Both the position numbers and the translations under genes were made by a program. The notes beneath the pieces were generated by a model. That model searched no databases and was not told the origin of the DNA. It saw only the letters and a program-made list of their open reading frames with translations. DNA of 62,070 nucleotides from the NCBI GenBank assembly GCA_964508905.1, contig CAZDVO010000008.1, forward strand, positions 1 to 62,070. The letters run 5' to 3'. Origin of the DNA: an uncultured bacterium (GTDB lineage Bacteria > Omnitrophota > Omnitrophia > Omnitrophales > Aquincolibacteriaceae). Of the stretch, positions 38,554 to 47,306 are shown in pieces (position 1 is the stretch's first letter; every line of letters begins with the position of its first letter).

Positions 38554-39519
38554 ATGCCTCAAGAATTACTAGCAGATCCTAAGTTCGCTTTTTTGAAAAA
38601 GATGCGCGTGGGGGTGGTCCGGGGTGGTATTTCCGCGGAGCGCCGCATCTCGCTTCGTTCCGGCCGCGCCGTGATCCGCGCGCTTCGCCGTGTCGGTGTT
38701 CGCGTTTTTCCGGTGGATCCGGCGGACAAAAAACACTTTTGGGGTAAAGTCTCCCAGGCTGATATCCTTTTTATCGCATTGCACGGGATGGGGGGGGAGG
38801 ATGGCTCTTTTCAACGGATGTTGGAGAAAAAGAAAGTTCTGTTCGCGGGATCACCTTCAGCGGCCTGCCGGAAGAGTTTCGATAAGGAAACCAGTAAACA
38901 TTATTTTGTGAAGCTTGGGGTCCCGACTCCGGACTATGCGATGCTCGATCGGAAAAACTGGAAACGCGTCGCAGCCGCGTTCCCGACACCGTATTTCGTG
39001 AAGCCTCTTGATGGTGGTTCGAGCCAAGGTGTCTTCCTCGTTGAAGATTTTCGCGGATCGGCCGACAAATTAAGACGGTCTCTTTTGCGGTTCGGGCGGC
39101 TTTTGATCGAGAAAAGGATCGTGGGGCGTGAATTGACCGCCGGACTTCTTGGAGAATGCAAACTTCCCGTTGTGGAAGTGAAGCCCTCGCGGCCCTTTTA
39201 CGATTATAAGGCCAAGTATACGAAAGGGATGACGATCTATGAAGTACCGGCGACGATCCCCGCCGCGGTCGCACGGAAGATCCAGAACATCGCTTACCGG
39301 GTTTACCGGGGGTTGGGGCTTCGCGGGTTTTCTCGGGTGGATGTGATGCTCGACCGACGGAACCGTCCGTATGTGTTAGAAGTCAATAGCATTCCCGGTT
39401 TGACCGAATTCAGCCTGCTGCCCAAGGCGGCTCGTGCGATCGGGATCAGTTTCGAGCAATTATGTTTGGAAGTGCTTCGCGAAGCTTATGAACGTAAACG
39501 AAAGCGGAACGCCTCATGA
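38554..39519 (+). CDS. ddl: D-alanine--D-alanine ligase
   Basis: GGISAER.ISL.SG, LHGMGGEDG, DKETSK, VKP..GGSS, FYDYKAKY and LEVNSIPG motifs. Confidence 0.95.
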   Translation: MPQELLADPKFAFLKKMRVGVVRGGISAERRISLRSGRAVIRALRRVGVRVFPVDPADKKHFWGKVSQADILFIALHGMGGEDGSFQRMLEKKKVLFAGSPSAACRKSFDKETSKHYFVKLGVPTPDYAMLDRKNWKRVAAAFPTPYFVKPLDGGSSQGVFLVEDFRGSADKLRRSLLRFGRLLIEKRIVGRELTAGLLGECKLPVVEVKPSRPFYDYKAKYTKGMTIYEVPATIPAAVARKIQNIAYRVYRGLGLRGFSRVDVMLDRRNRPYVLEVNSIPGLTEFSLLPKAARAIGISFEQLCLEVLREAYERKRKRNAS

Positions 39520-40331
39520 GTAAGAAGAAGAATAAGGGTGGAAAAAAAAGAGGGTTTTTTTCTTGGCTAGGAGCGCTATGCCTCGGGTTTGTGTGGCTAC
39601 TCTGGAAGCTTTTGCCGTGGATACTTGTCGCGGGAGCCATCGCCTATGGCGGTTGGGTCGTTCGAAAAGCGTTGTATCAAGATCCGCGGCTGAAAGTCCA
39701 GGAGATCCGGATCGTTCCTCCGGATGTATTGTCGCCGCAAAGCGCTCGGACGCTCGAAGATAAGATCCTCGGGAAAAACATCCTGTTGCTCGATCTTCAC
39801 AAGATTGAAAAGACCATCGAGCTCGGGCCCGGCGCTCAGAGCGTTCGCATCGTTCGTGAAATGCCTTCAACGGTTCGAATTGAGATCCAGAAACGCCGGC
39901 CGATCGCGAACGTTCAACTGCGGCCGAACGGCCCTTATGCCGTCACCGCGGAAGACGGGTTCATCATTGAAGTGCGCCCCGAACTGGATCCTGCTTGGAT
40001 CCTGATCGAGGATTTTAGTGAGCCCCTCAAAGAACCGAGGGTTGGGACGCGGCTTCAGAATAAAGGTTTTCCGGAAGCGTTGCGCTTCATGAAGTCGTTT
40101 CGCCGTCATGAGCTGGCGCGCCGGGAATCGGTGACCCGGATCAGTCTGGACCCCTACGGGAACGTAACCGTGAGACTTGGGGAAGGGCCCGATTTTCAGA
40201 TGGGCCGCAAAGCCTCCGAGCGTCTTTCGTTCCTGACAAAAGCCGTTTATCTTTTTAAGACCGAGCCCCGCGAAACGATCGAATATATGGACCTGCAATA
40301 TGACCGCGTTGCTGTGAAAAGGAAATCATGA
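39516..40331 (+). CDS. ftsQ: Cell division protein FtsQ/DivIB
   Basis: Basic N-terminus, one TM segment, POTRA-like segment (VREMPSTVRIEIQKRRP), C-terminal EYMDLQY; position between ddl and ftsA. Confidence 0.82.
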   Translation: MSKKKNKGGKKRGFFSWLGALCLGFVWLLWKLLPWILVAGAIAYGGWVVRKALYQDPRLKVQEIRIVPPDVLSPQSARTLEDKILGKNILLLDLHKIEKTIELGPGAQSVRIVREMPSTVRIEIQKRRPIANVQLRPNGPYAVTAEDGFIIEVRPELDPAWILIEDFSEPLKEPRVGTRLQNKGFPEALRFMKSFRRHELARRESVTRISLDPYGNVTVRLGEGPDFQMGRKASERLSFLTKAVYLFKTEPRETIEYMDLQYDRVAVKRKS

Positions 40332-41578
40332 CCGCTCCTGTTGATCTGAAGAATAAATGTGTTGTGGTCTATGTCGGAACTCGCAAGTTGATGGTCATGC
40401 TTGGGGATATCGGGACCGCCAATCCTCACGTGCTTCGCAGCGAGGAGGTTCTGTTCCCGGACGGTTTTGAAAAAGGGTTGGTGTCCAATCTTCAAAACGC
40501 GAGTTCCTCGCTCGAGAAGCTGATGAACGCGATCCTGCCTCCCGAGGCGTGGGATCAGGTGCCGGTCTACGTGGTGTTGGGGAATAGCCGGTTCAAAATG
40601 TACCGGTTCTCCAGTTGCGAATATTTCACTCCGGAGCGCCGGACGATCACGACCCATGAAGTGCAGTCCGTGGTCCAGCAGACCCGGAATGTCGCGACCT
40701 TACCGCTGACCGAATCGATCCTCCAGGCGATCCCGGAATCATTCCTGGTGAATGATATGCCCGCGGTGCGGAATCCGGTCGGACTTGAAGCGGAACGTTT
40801 GGGTGTGACCCTTCAGATCTATACCATGGAATTCCAATCCTTCCGCAATATCGCGAAGGTTTTCGAAACGCTGGACCTCGAAGTTGAAGGCTATTTCCCC
40901 AAGATCCTTCCTCTTTCGGAAGCGGTTTTAAGTGACGCGGAAAAACAGGAGGGGGTCATGATCCTGGATATCGCCGACGATGCGACGCAATTGGTCCTTT
41001 GGAAGAACGGCCTTTTGGCAGGACTTCGGACGCTTCCGATGGGCGGTCACTTTCTCACGCAGTGTCTGGCCAAGGACTGGAACATCGAGGAACGGGATGC
41101 CGAGAAGGTCAAAGAGAAATTCGCGACGTTGGATGCCACGGAGCAGGAAAGCGAAGAACTGGTGCCGCTGGTGACCCGTAACGACAAAGTGCAGCAGTCG
41201 ATCCCGCGTAAGGAGTTTCTGGAGAAATTCTTCAAGCACGCGCACGGCTGGATGAACAACATCCTCGAATCCTCGGACGTTTTCATGCAGGAGGAGAAGA
41301 TCCGCTACCCGCATGTTCTTTTTACCGGGGGAGCCGTGATGACCGAAGGGTTCTTGGAGTGGGCCCAGAAAGAATTCTCCCGGGACGGAAAGATCGGGAT
41401 ATCCCGCCAGGTCGAGGCCGCTCAGGAACTTGTCCGCGATCCTTCGATGGCTCCGGCTCTCGGCATGTTCCGCTGGGCGATGAACTACAAGCGGGCGCAG
41501 GAAGCGCTTTTTGCTCCCCGCGGCTTTTTTGCGCGTATCGCGGCTTCCGCGAGGGCCTGGTTCACGAATTATTTCTAG
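40328..41578 (+). CDS. ftsA: Divergent FtsA-like protein
   Basis: FtsA hallmarks (VRNPVGLEAERL, EKVKEKF, TGG, C-terminal amphipathic helix) and position after ftsQ. The nucleotide-binding motifs are altered. Confidence 0.8.
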   Translation: MTAPVDLKNKCVVVYVGTRKLMVMLGDIGTANPHVLRSEEVLFPDGFEKGLVSNLQNASSSLEKLMNAILPPEAWDQVPVYVVLGNSRFKMYRFSSCEYFTPERRTITTHEVQSVVQQTRNVATLPLTESILQAIPESFLVNDMPAVRNPVGLEAERLGVTLQIYTMEFQSFRNIAKVFETLDLEVEGYFPKILPLSEAVLSDAEKQEGVMILDIADDATQLVLWKNGLLAGLRTLPMGGHFLTQCLAKDWNIEERDAEKVKEKFATLDATEQESEELVPLVTRNDKVQQSIPRKEFLEKFFKHAHGWMNNILESSDVFMQEEKIRYPHVLFTGGAVMTEGFLEWAQKEFSRDGKIGISRQVEAAQELVRDPSMAPALGMFRWAMNYKRAQEALFAPRGFFARIAASARAWFTNYF

Positions 41579-41705
41579 GCGCTAGGTCAGGGGAGCCTAC
41601 TGTCTTCAACTACTTTGCTTTTTATGCGAAATTCGCCTTTCTTTTTCCTTCCCGAAATCTTATAATCGCCCATCCGTTTTCTTATTAACCCGATTTTTAT
41701 TCTTT

Positions 41706-42803
41706 ATGGCCATGACTTTGGAAACACAACCGACTCAGCTTCCGCTTCACGACGAACATCTTCGCAAAGGTGCCCGCATGGGCGATTTCGGGGGATGGCT
41801 TGTCCCACTCTACTACACCAGTATCATGGAAGAGCATGCCGCGATCCGGACGAAGCTCGGGATCTTCGATATTTCTCATATGGGGGAATTCATGGTGGAA
41901 GGCCCCCGCGCGGTGGCTTATCTCGAAGCGATCCTGCCTCGTCGCGTGACTCCGGTGAAATTGAGCCAAGCGATCTATATGCCGCTCGTGAATGATCAGG
42001 GCGGGATGGTGGACGATATTATCGTCTATCGCATGGAAGAGCAGAAATTTTTGATCGTTGTGAATGCTGGGAATATCGCAAAGGATTTTGCCTGGTTCAA
42101 GGCCCGCTTGACCGAGAGTGTGACGCTTACCGATCTGAGCGAGGAGATGGGGCTTTTGGCGCTTCAAGGCCCTCTGAGCCAAACCGTTCTTCTCGAATGT
42201 TTTGGCGCGTTCTATAAGGATCTCCGTCGGTTTCACTATAAGGATTTCGAAGGGGGCATGATCGCCCGGACCGGATACACCGGGGAAGACGGCTACGAGA
42301 TCATGGTCCCGAAGTCCAAGCTCAAGCAGGTTTGGGATGTTCTTTTTCGTGTGGGGGAGAAGCATGGCCTTTTGCCGATCGGTTTTGGAGCTCGCGATAC
42401 GCTGCGTCTTGAAGCCGCGATGCCTCTTTATGGCCACGAGCTGAACGACGAGTTGACGCCGCTTGAGGCGGATCTTGGATGGGCGATCGATCTGACGAAG
42501 GATCGTTTCCCCGGCAGCGACATCCTCAAAGAGCAGCAGCGGACAGGGATCCGGAAAAAAAGGATCGGATTTGAAATGACCGAGCGAGGGATCCCGCGTC
42601 AAGGTTTTGAGATCCAAAAAGATGGAAAGGCCGTTGGGACAGTGACAAGCGGCAGTTTTATTCCTACGACCGGAAAAAATATTGGCATGGCTTATGTCGC
42701 AGCGGCGGAAGCGCAGCCCGGCAATGTGCTAGATGTAATGATCCGCGGCAAAGCGGTCAAGGCCACTGTGGTTTCGCTACCTTTTTATAAGAGAAAAGGG
42801 TAA
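41706..42803 (+). CDS. gcvT: Glycine cleavage system T protein (start 41706 or 41712)
   Basis: FGGW.VP..Y, FDISHMG, DDIIVY, ALQGP, ARTGYTGEDGYE and GARDTLRLEA motifs. Confidence 0.97.
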   Translation: MAMTLETQPTQLPLHDEHLRKGARMGDFGGWLVPLYYTSIMEEHAAIRTKLGIFDISHMGEFMVEGPRAVAYLEAILPRRVTPVKLSQAIYMPLVNDQGGMVDDIIVYRMEEQKFLIVVNAGNIAKDFAWFKARLTESVTLTDLSEEMGLLALQGPLSQTVLLECFGAFYKDLRRFHYKDFEGGMIARTGYTGEDGYEIMVPKSKLKQVWDVLFRVGEKHGLLPIGFGARDTLRLEAAMPLYGHELNDELTPLEADLGWAIDLTKDRFPGSDILKEQQRTGIRKKRIGFEMTERGIPRQGFEIQKDGKAVGTVTSGSFIPTTGKNIGMAYVAAAEAQPGNVLDVMIRGKAVKATVVSLPFYKRKG

Positions 42804-42854
42804 AATGCCCGCCATTCTCTTCAGTATTCTTCTCGATCTTTAACGGAGGCAATC

Positions 42855-43247
42855 ATGAATTTCCCTGAGACGTTACGTTATACCAAAACCCATGAATGGA
42901 TCGTCGCGACCGGCGCCAAGGCGAAGGTGGGCGTGACCGAATACGCGCAAAAAGAGATCTCGGATGTGGTGTTCGTCGAGTTGCCGAAGGCGGGGCAGGC
43001 TGTCCAGCAGGCCAAGACGGCGGCGGTTGTGGAATCCGTGAAGGCCGCGTTCGATATTTACGCTCCCGTCTCCGGAAAGATCTCGGACGCCAATAAGGCG
43101 CTCGAATCGAATCCCGCGCTGATCAATCAGAGCCCTTATGCCGATGGCTGGCTTTTCGAGATCGAACTCTCGAACCCTTCGGAGATCAACACCCTCTTGA
43201 CCCCGGCGCAGTATGCGGACATGATCGCTCAAGCGCCGAAGCACTGA
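42855..43247 (+). CDS. gcvH: Glycine cleavage system H protein
   Basis: YTKTHEW, VESVKAA (lipoyl Lys) and NQSPYADGW motifs; GGAGG RBS. Confidence 0.97.
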   Translation: MNFPETLRYTKTHEWIVATGAKAKVGVTEYAQKEISDVVFVELPKAGQAVQQAKTAAVVESVKAAFDIYAPVSGKISDANKALESNPALINQSPYADGWLFEIELSNPSEINTLLTPAQYADMIAQAPKH

Positions 43248-43261
43248 TCTGAAAGAACCTC

Positions 43262-44599
43262 ATGCCTTACCTCTCCCTTACGGATCAGGAAAAAAGAGAT
43301 ATTCTCTCTGAGATCGGCGTTCATTCTTTCAACGACCTGATCCGTGATATTCCCGTCTCGCTACGCGACCCCAAGATGGCCTTGCCCTCTTCCTTAAGCG
43401 AGTTGGAGGTCCAAGATCTCATGACAAAACTCGGGCGCAAGAACACCTCGACGAAGGATGCGCTCTCCTTTCTGGGGGCGGGGAGCTATGAACATTTCAT
43501 CCCTGCGGCGGCGCTCGAGATCATCGGACGCCAGGAATTCTTGACCGCCTACACGCCTTATCAGCCCGAAGCTTCTCAGGGGACTCTCCAGGCGATCTAT
43601 GAGTATCAGAGCCTGATGACCGAGCTGACGGGGCTCGATGTTTCGAATGCCTCCCATTACGATGGCGCGACGGCGCTTGCCGAAGCCGCGCTTGTGGCTC
43701 TCCGGCATACCGATCGGACGAAGCTTCTTGTGGCTCGTTCCCTTCATCCTCACTATCGTGAAACGATCAAGACGTATCTTGCCGGAACCCCCTATGGGAT
43801 CGAAGAATTGGGTTTTGATGCTAAGGGGAATTTTGACAAGGAAGCCTTGACCCGCAAGCTGGACGGAACGGTCGCCGGCGTGATCTTTCAGACGCCGAAC
43901 TTTTTTGGCAATATCGAGGACCTTGAAGGGGTGAGTGAAAAGATCCGTGCGAATGGATCGCTGCTGATCCTTACAGGAGATCCTCTTTCCTTCAGTTTGT
44001 TCCGGTCCCCCGGTGAATGGGGCGCCGATATCGTCGCGGGAGAAGGGCAGCCTCTTGGGATGCCGATGGAATTCGGCGGGCCTTATCTGGGTTATTTTGT
44101 GACCACGCAGGCTTTGATGCGCCGTATCCCCGGAAGGTTGGCAGGGCTGACGCAGGATGCGGACGGGAAGCGGGCGTTCTGTCTCACGCTTCAGGCCCGG
44201 GAACAGCATATCCGTCGCGAACGCGCCGCGTCGAATATTTGCAGCAATCAGGCCCTTTGCGCTTTGGCCGCTTGCGTGACGATGACGCTACTTGGCAAAC
44301 AAGGGATCCGGGAACTGGCCGAGGTGAACTGGGACCGTGCTTCCTACCTGCGCGAGAAGATCTCGAAACTCAAGAATTTTGAAGTGGATATGGACCAGAC
44401 GATCTTTAATGAATTCCGCGTGAGATCCCGTAAGCCCTTCTCAAAAGTCGAAGAAAAATTGGCGGGGCAAGGGATATTCCCCGGGGTGGCGCTCGAGCCG
44501 TTCTATCCGGAGCTGAAGGACCAGTTCCTTGTCTGCGCGACCGAAACGAAATCGAAAGAGGACCTTGATCGGTTCGTGGAGGCACTGTCCCAATGCTGA
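43262..44599 (+). CDS. gcvPA: Glycine dehydrogenase subunit 1
   Basis: FLGAGSY, TAYTPYQPE.SQG, SHYDGATA, GGPYLG and TLQAREQHIRRERA.SNICSNQ motifs. Confidence 0.96.
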   Translation: MPYLSLTDQEKRDILSEIGVHSFNDLIRDIPVSLRDPKMALPSSLSELEVQDLMTKLGRKNTSTKDALSFLGAGSYEHFIPAAALEIIGRQEFLTAYTPYQPEASQGTLQAIYEYQSLMTELTGLDVSNASHYDGATALAEAALVALRHTDRTKLLVARSLHPHYRETIKTYLAGTPYGIEELGFDAKGNFDKEALTRKLDGTVAGVIFQTPNFFGNIEDLEGVSEKIRANGSLLILTGDPLSFSLFRSPGEWGADIVAGEGQPLGMPMEFGGPYLGYFVTTQALMRRIPGRLAGLTQDADGKRAFCLTLQAREQHIRRERAASNICSNQALCALAACVTMTLLGKQGIRELAEVNWDRASYLREKISKLKNFEVDMDQTIFNEFRVRSRKPFSKVEEKLAGQGIFPGVALEPFYPELKDQFLVCATETKSKEDLDRFVEALSQC

Positions 44600-46092
44600 T
44601 CTCCCAGGATGACCGTCTTAGTTTTGAAAAGAGCAAGCCCGGACGCCGTGCCGTCCGTTTGCCTGAGTCGCGTTTCTTTTCATCGCCCCCCCCACGGAGC
44701 GTTCCGCCGGGGCTTTTGCGCCAGACTTCGCTCGGATTTCCTGAGCTGAGCGAGCCGGATATCGTTCGCCATTTTATCAACCTTTCCAGGAAGAACTATT
44801 CAGTCGATACCCATTTCTATCCGCTTGGCAGCTGTACGATGAAATACAATCCCAAGGTCAATGAATGGGCCGCGCGCCAGGACAAGTTCACGGCGCTCCA
44901 TCCGTTCCAGAAGGACGCAACGGCTCAGGGGATGATCGAGATCCTATGGGAACTCGAAGAAGGTTTGAAAGAGATCACCGGGATGGACCGGTTTACGCTG
45001 CAGCCCGCGGCGGGGGCTCATGGCGAGCTGACCGGGATGATGTTGGTGAGGGCCTATCACGCTTCCCGCGGCGATCGTCAACGTACCAAGGTGCTGGTTC
45101 CCGATTCCAGCCACGGGACGAATCCCGCGAGCGCGGCGCTTTTGGGCTTCCATGTAGTGGAGGTCAAATCGGACAGCCATGGCCGCGTGGATATGGCCGA
45201 TCTTAAGCAGCATCTTGATGCACAGGTTGCGTGTCTCATGTTGACGAACCCGAACACGCTGGGCCTTTTTGATACGAATATCCTTGAGATCGCCAAGCTT
45301 GTGCACGCGCAGGGAGGTCTTCTCTATTACGACGGCGCGAACCTGAACCCGCTGCTTGGGATAGCCCGCCCGGGGGATATGGGCTTTGATATCATCCATG
45401 TGAATTTGCATAAGACGTTCTCGACCCCTCACGGCGGCGGCGGGCCCGGCTCGGGTCCTGTCGGCGTTAAAAAACACCTGGCGGAATTTCTCCCGGGCCC
45501 CCTTGTCCAAAAGACCTCAAAAGGGTTCGGCTGGGCGGCTCAGGGGGCGAGATCCATCGGGCGCGTGAAATTGTTCCATGGCAATGTCGGGGTCATGATC
45601 CGCGCGTACGTTTACCTCAAGATCCTCGGTAAGGAAGGCCTTCGGAAAGTGAGCGAGGCTGCGATCTTGAATGCGAATTACATGAAGGAAAAGTTGAAGG
45701 ATGTCTATAAGGTCGCGACGGAAGGGCCGTGTATGCACGAGTTCGTTTTGTCGCTGAAACCTTTCGCGGTCCACGGGGTCCACGCCGGCGATGTTGGGAA
45801 GCGTCTCTTGGATTACGGTTTTCATGCCCCGACCGTCCATTTTCCGTTGGTCGTTCCCGAGGCTCTGATGATCGAGCCGACGGAGACCGAAGCGAGTGAA
45901 ACGATGGACCAATTCATTGAAGTCATGAAGACGATCGCTCAAGAGATCTTGACGGACCCTGAGTTGGTGAAGACCGCGCCGCATACGTTGCCGGTGCGTC
46001 GTCCGAATGATGTGCTTGCCGCGCGTAAACCGATCCTGTCCTATCGGGATCAATTGCGCGAGAAAGTTCTGCTGGCTGAAGCCACCGCATGA
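44593..46092 (+). CDS. gcvPB: Glycine dehydrogenase subunit 2
   Basis: PLGSCTMKYNP, QPAAGAHGE, SHGTNPAS, YYDGAN, NLHKTFSTPHGGGGPG and EPTETE motifs. Confidence 0.96.
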   Translation: MLISQDDRLSFEKSKPGRRAVRLPESRFFSSPPPRSVPPGLLRQTSLGFPELSEPDIVRHFINLSRKNYSVDTHFYPLGSCTMKYNPKVNEWAARQDKFTALHPFQKDATAQGMIEILWELEEGLKEITGMDRFTLQPAAGAHGELTGMMLVRAYHASRGDRQRTKVLVPDSSHGTNPASAALLGFHVVEVKSDSHGRVDMADLKQHLDAQVACLMLTNPNTLGLFDTNILEIAKLVHAQGGLLYYDGANLNPLLGIARPGDMGFDIIHVNLHKTFSTPHGGGGPGSGPVGVKKHLAEFLPGPLVQKTSKGFGWAAQGARSIGRVKLFHGNVGVMIRAYVYLKILGKEGLRKVSEAAILNANYMKEKLKDVYKVATEGPCMHEFVLSLKPFAVHGVHAGDVGKRLLDYGFHAPTVHFPLVVPEALMIEPTETEASETMDQFIEVMKTIAQEILTDPELVKTAPHTLPVRRPNDVLAARKPILSYRDQLREKVLLAEATA

Positions 46093-46781
46093 ACTGGAGG
46101 CTGTTGCCGACGATCAGTGCGCCGATGCCGCTCCAAATGGCGCTTGATGAGACCCTGTTCCTAGCCCACAAACAAATCCCCCAGGAAGCCCAGCTGCGTT
46201 TTTACGTTTCACAAGGGCCCTGGATCAGTGTGGGGTATTCCTTTTGTGGCGACGAAGAACTTTCAAAGTCGGAGCTGGTGCGCCAGAATCCCGGGGTGCC
46301 TCTCTGCCGGCGCGTGACGGGCGGAGGATGCGTGCTCCACGGGGACGATCTGATCTTTTCGCTTGTGGCGCACTATGACGTTGAGCCGATGCGTACCGCG
46401 TTGGGTGCTGTGAAGGCGAGTTACGCCAAGATCCACGAAGCGGTTCGTGTGGGGCTTCAGTCGTGTGGCCTTGATCCGAGGTTCTATCAAGCCGAAGAGG
46501 GGCTTCCCAAAGGAAGCGACTGTTTTGATTTTCCCGTCGAAAGCGACCTTTCCTGGAGAGGCGTTAAGATCGCCGGAGGGGCTCAGAAACGTTCCGAGGG
46601 AGTGTTGCTGCACCATGAATCGATCGCGCTGCCGAAGGGTGTTGGAAGGGAACAGCTGATCGCGGCGATAACTCGCGGTATGGAAACGGTTTTCGGTATA
46701 ACCTTTGCCAAGACGGATCTTGATCCTGAAATTTATTTCCAAGCGGCAAATAAAGGACTACAGCCGATAGCCTATAGCTGA
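46089..46781 (+). CDS. Lipoate-protein ligase / octanoyltransferase (LipM/LplA-like)
   Basis: QMALDE, RRVTGGGCVLH, KIAGGAQKR motifs; follows the gcv genes. Confidence 0.88.
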   Translation: MNWRLLPTISAPMPLQMALDETLFLAHKQIPQEAQLRFYVSQGPWISVGYSFCGDEELSKSELVRQNPGVPLCRRVTGGGCVLHGDDLIFSLVAHYDVEPMRTALGAVKASYAKIHEAVRVGLQSCGLDPRFYQAEEGLPKGSDCFDFPVESDLSWRGVKIAGGAQKRSEGVLLHHESIALPKGVGREQLIAAITRGMETVFGITFAKTDLDPEIYFQAANKGLQPIAYS

Positions 46782-46838
46782 TAGCTAAAGCGGAAGCTGT
46801 GATTTTTTTCGCTAGAGGCTATTAGCCATGAGCTTTAG
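46758..46838. repeat. Heptamer-arm palindrome, family A (NNATAGC / GCTATNN)
   Basis: Left arm CTACAGC CGATAGC CTATAGC TGATAGC (46758-46785); right arm GCTAGAG GCTATTA GCCATGA GCTTTAG (46811-46838). Confidence 0.7.
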
Positions 46839-46850
46839 TCTGGTGAAACC

Positions 46851-47225
46851 ATGGAAGAATCCGGTAATTATCTTAAAAAGCTCAGCGACCTTGTCGCACG
46901 GGACCCGAGATATAAGCTTGAGGCCTATACATTCGTACTCGCGGCGCTTCACGACACCGTGACGAAACTGGAGAAACCCCGGCACGTCACGGGCCAGGAA
47001 TTGGCCTGGGGGATGCGCCGCTACGCGCTCGATCAATTCGGTCCCATGGCGAAAACCGTTCTCCAGCACTGGGGGATCCGCCAGACCCTGGATCTGGGAA
47101 AGATCGTCTTTGCCCTGATCGACGTGAAGCTGTTGAGCAAGCAGGATCAGGACAAGCTTGAGGATTTTGATAAGGTCTACGAATTTGAAAAATCTTTCTC
47201 TGAATACACGATCAGTGATGAATAA
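46851..47225 (+). CDS. Minf_1886-family (Planctomycete/Verrucomicrobia-restricted) conserved hypothetical protein
   Basis: DPRY..EAY.FV..AL, RHVTGQEL, FGPMA.TVL.HWGI and DLGKIVF.L motifs. Confidence 0.85.
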   Translation: MEESGNYLKKLSDLVARDPRYKLEAYTFVLAALHDTVTKLEKPRHVTGQELAWGMRRYALDQFGPMAKTVLQHWGIRQTLDLGKIVFALIDVKLLSKQDQDKLEDFDKVYEFEKSFSEYTISDE

Positions 47226-47229
47226 ATCG

Positions 47230-47291
47230 GGCAATGCTCAACGGTCAACGCGCAACGAAGCGCTCATTTGCGTTGTGCGTTGCGCGTTGCG
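47230..47291. repeat. Heptamer-arm palindrome, family B (NNCAACG / CGTTGNN)
   Basis: Left arm GGCAATG CTCAACG GTCAACG CGCAACG (47230-47257); right arm CATTTG CGTTGTG CGTTGCG CGTTGCG (47265-47291). Confidence 0.75.
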
Positions 47292-47306
47292 CTTGGAGTG
47301 AGAAAT

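Noticed and set aside
41579-41705. Glycine riboswitch expected upstream of gcvT
   Set aside because: The gap is short, pyrimidine-rich, and lacks the GGAGA/GAAGG aptamer cores. Only a TATAAT at 41661 and a small GCGAAATTCGC palindrome are visible.
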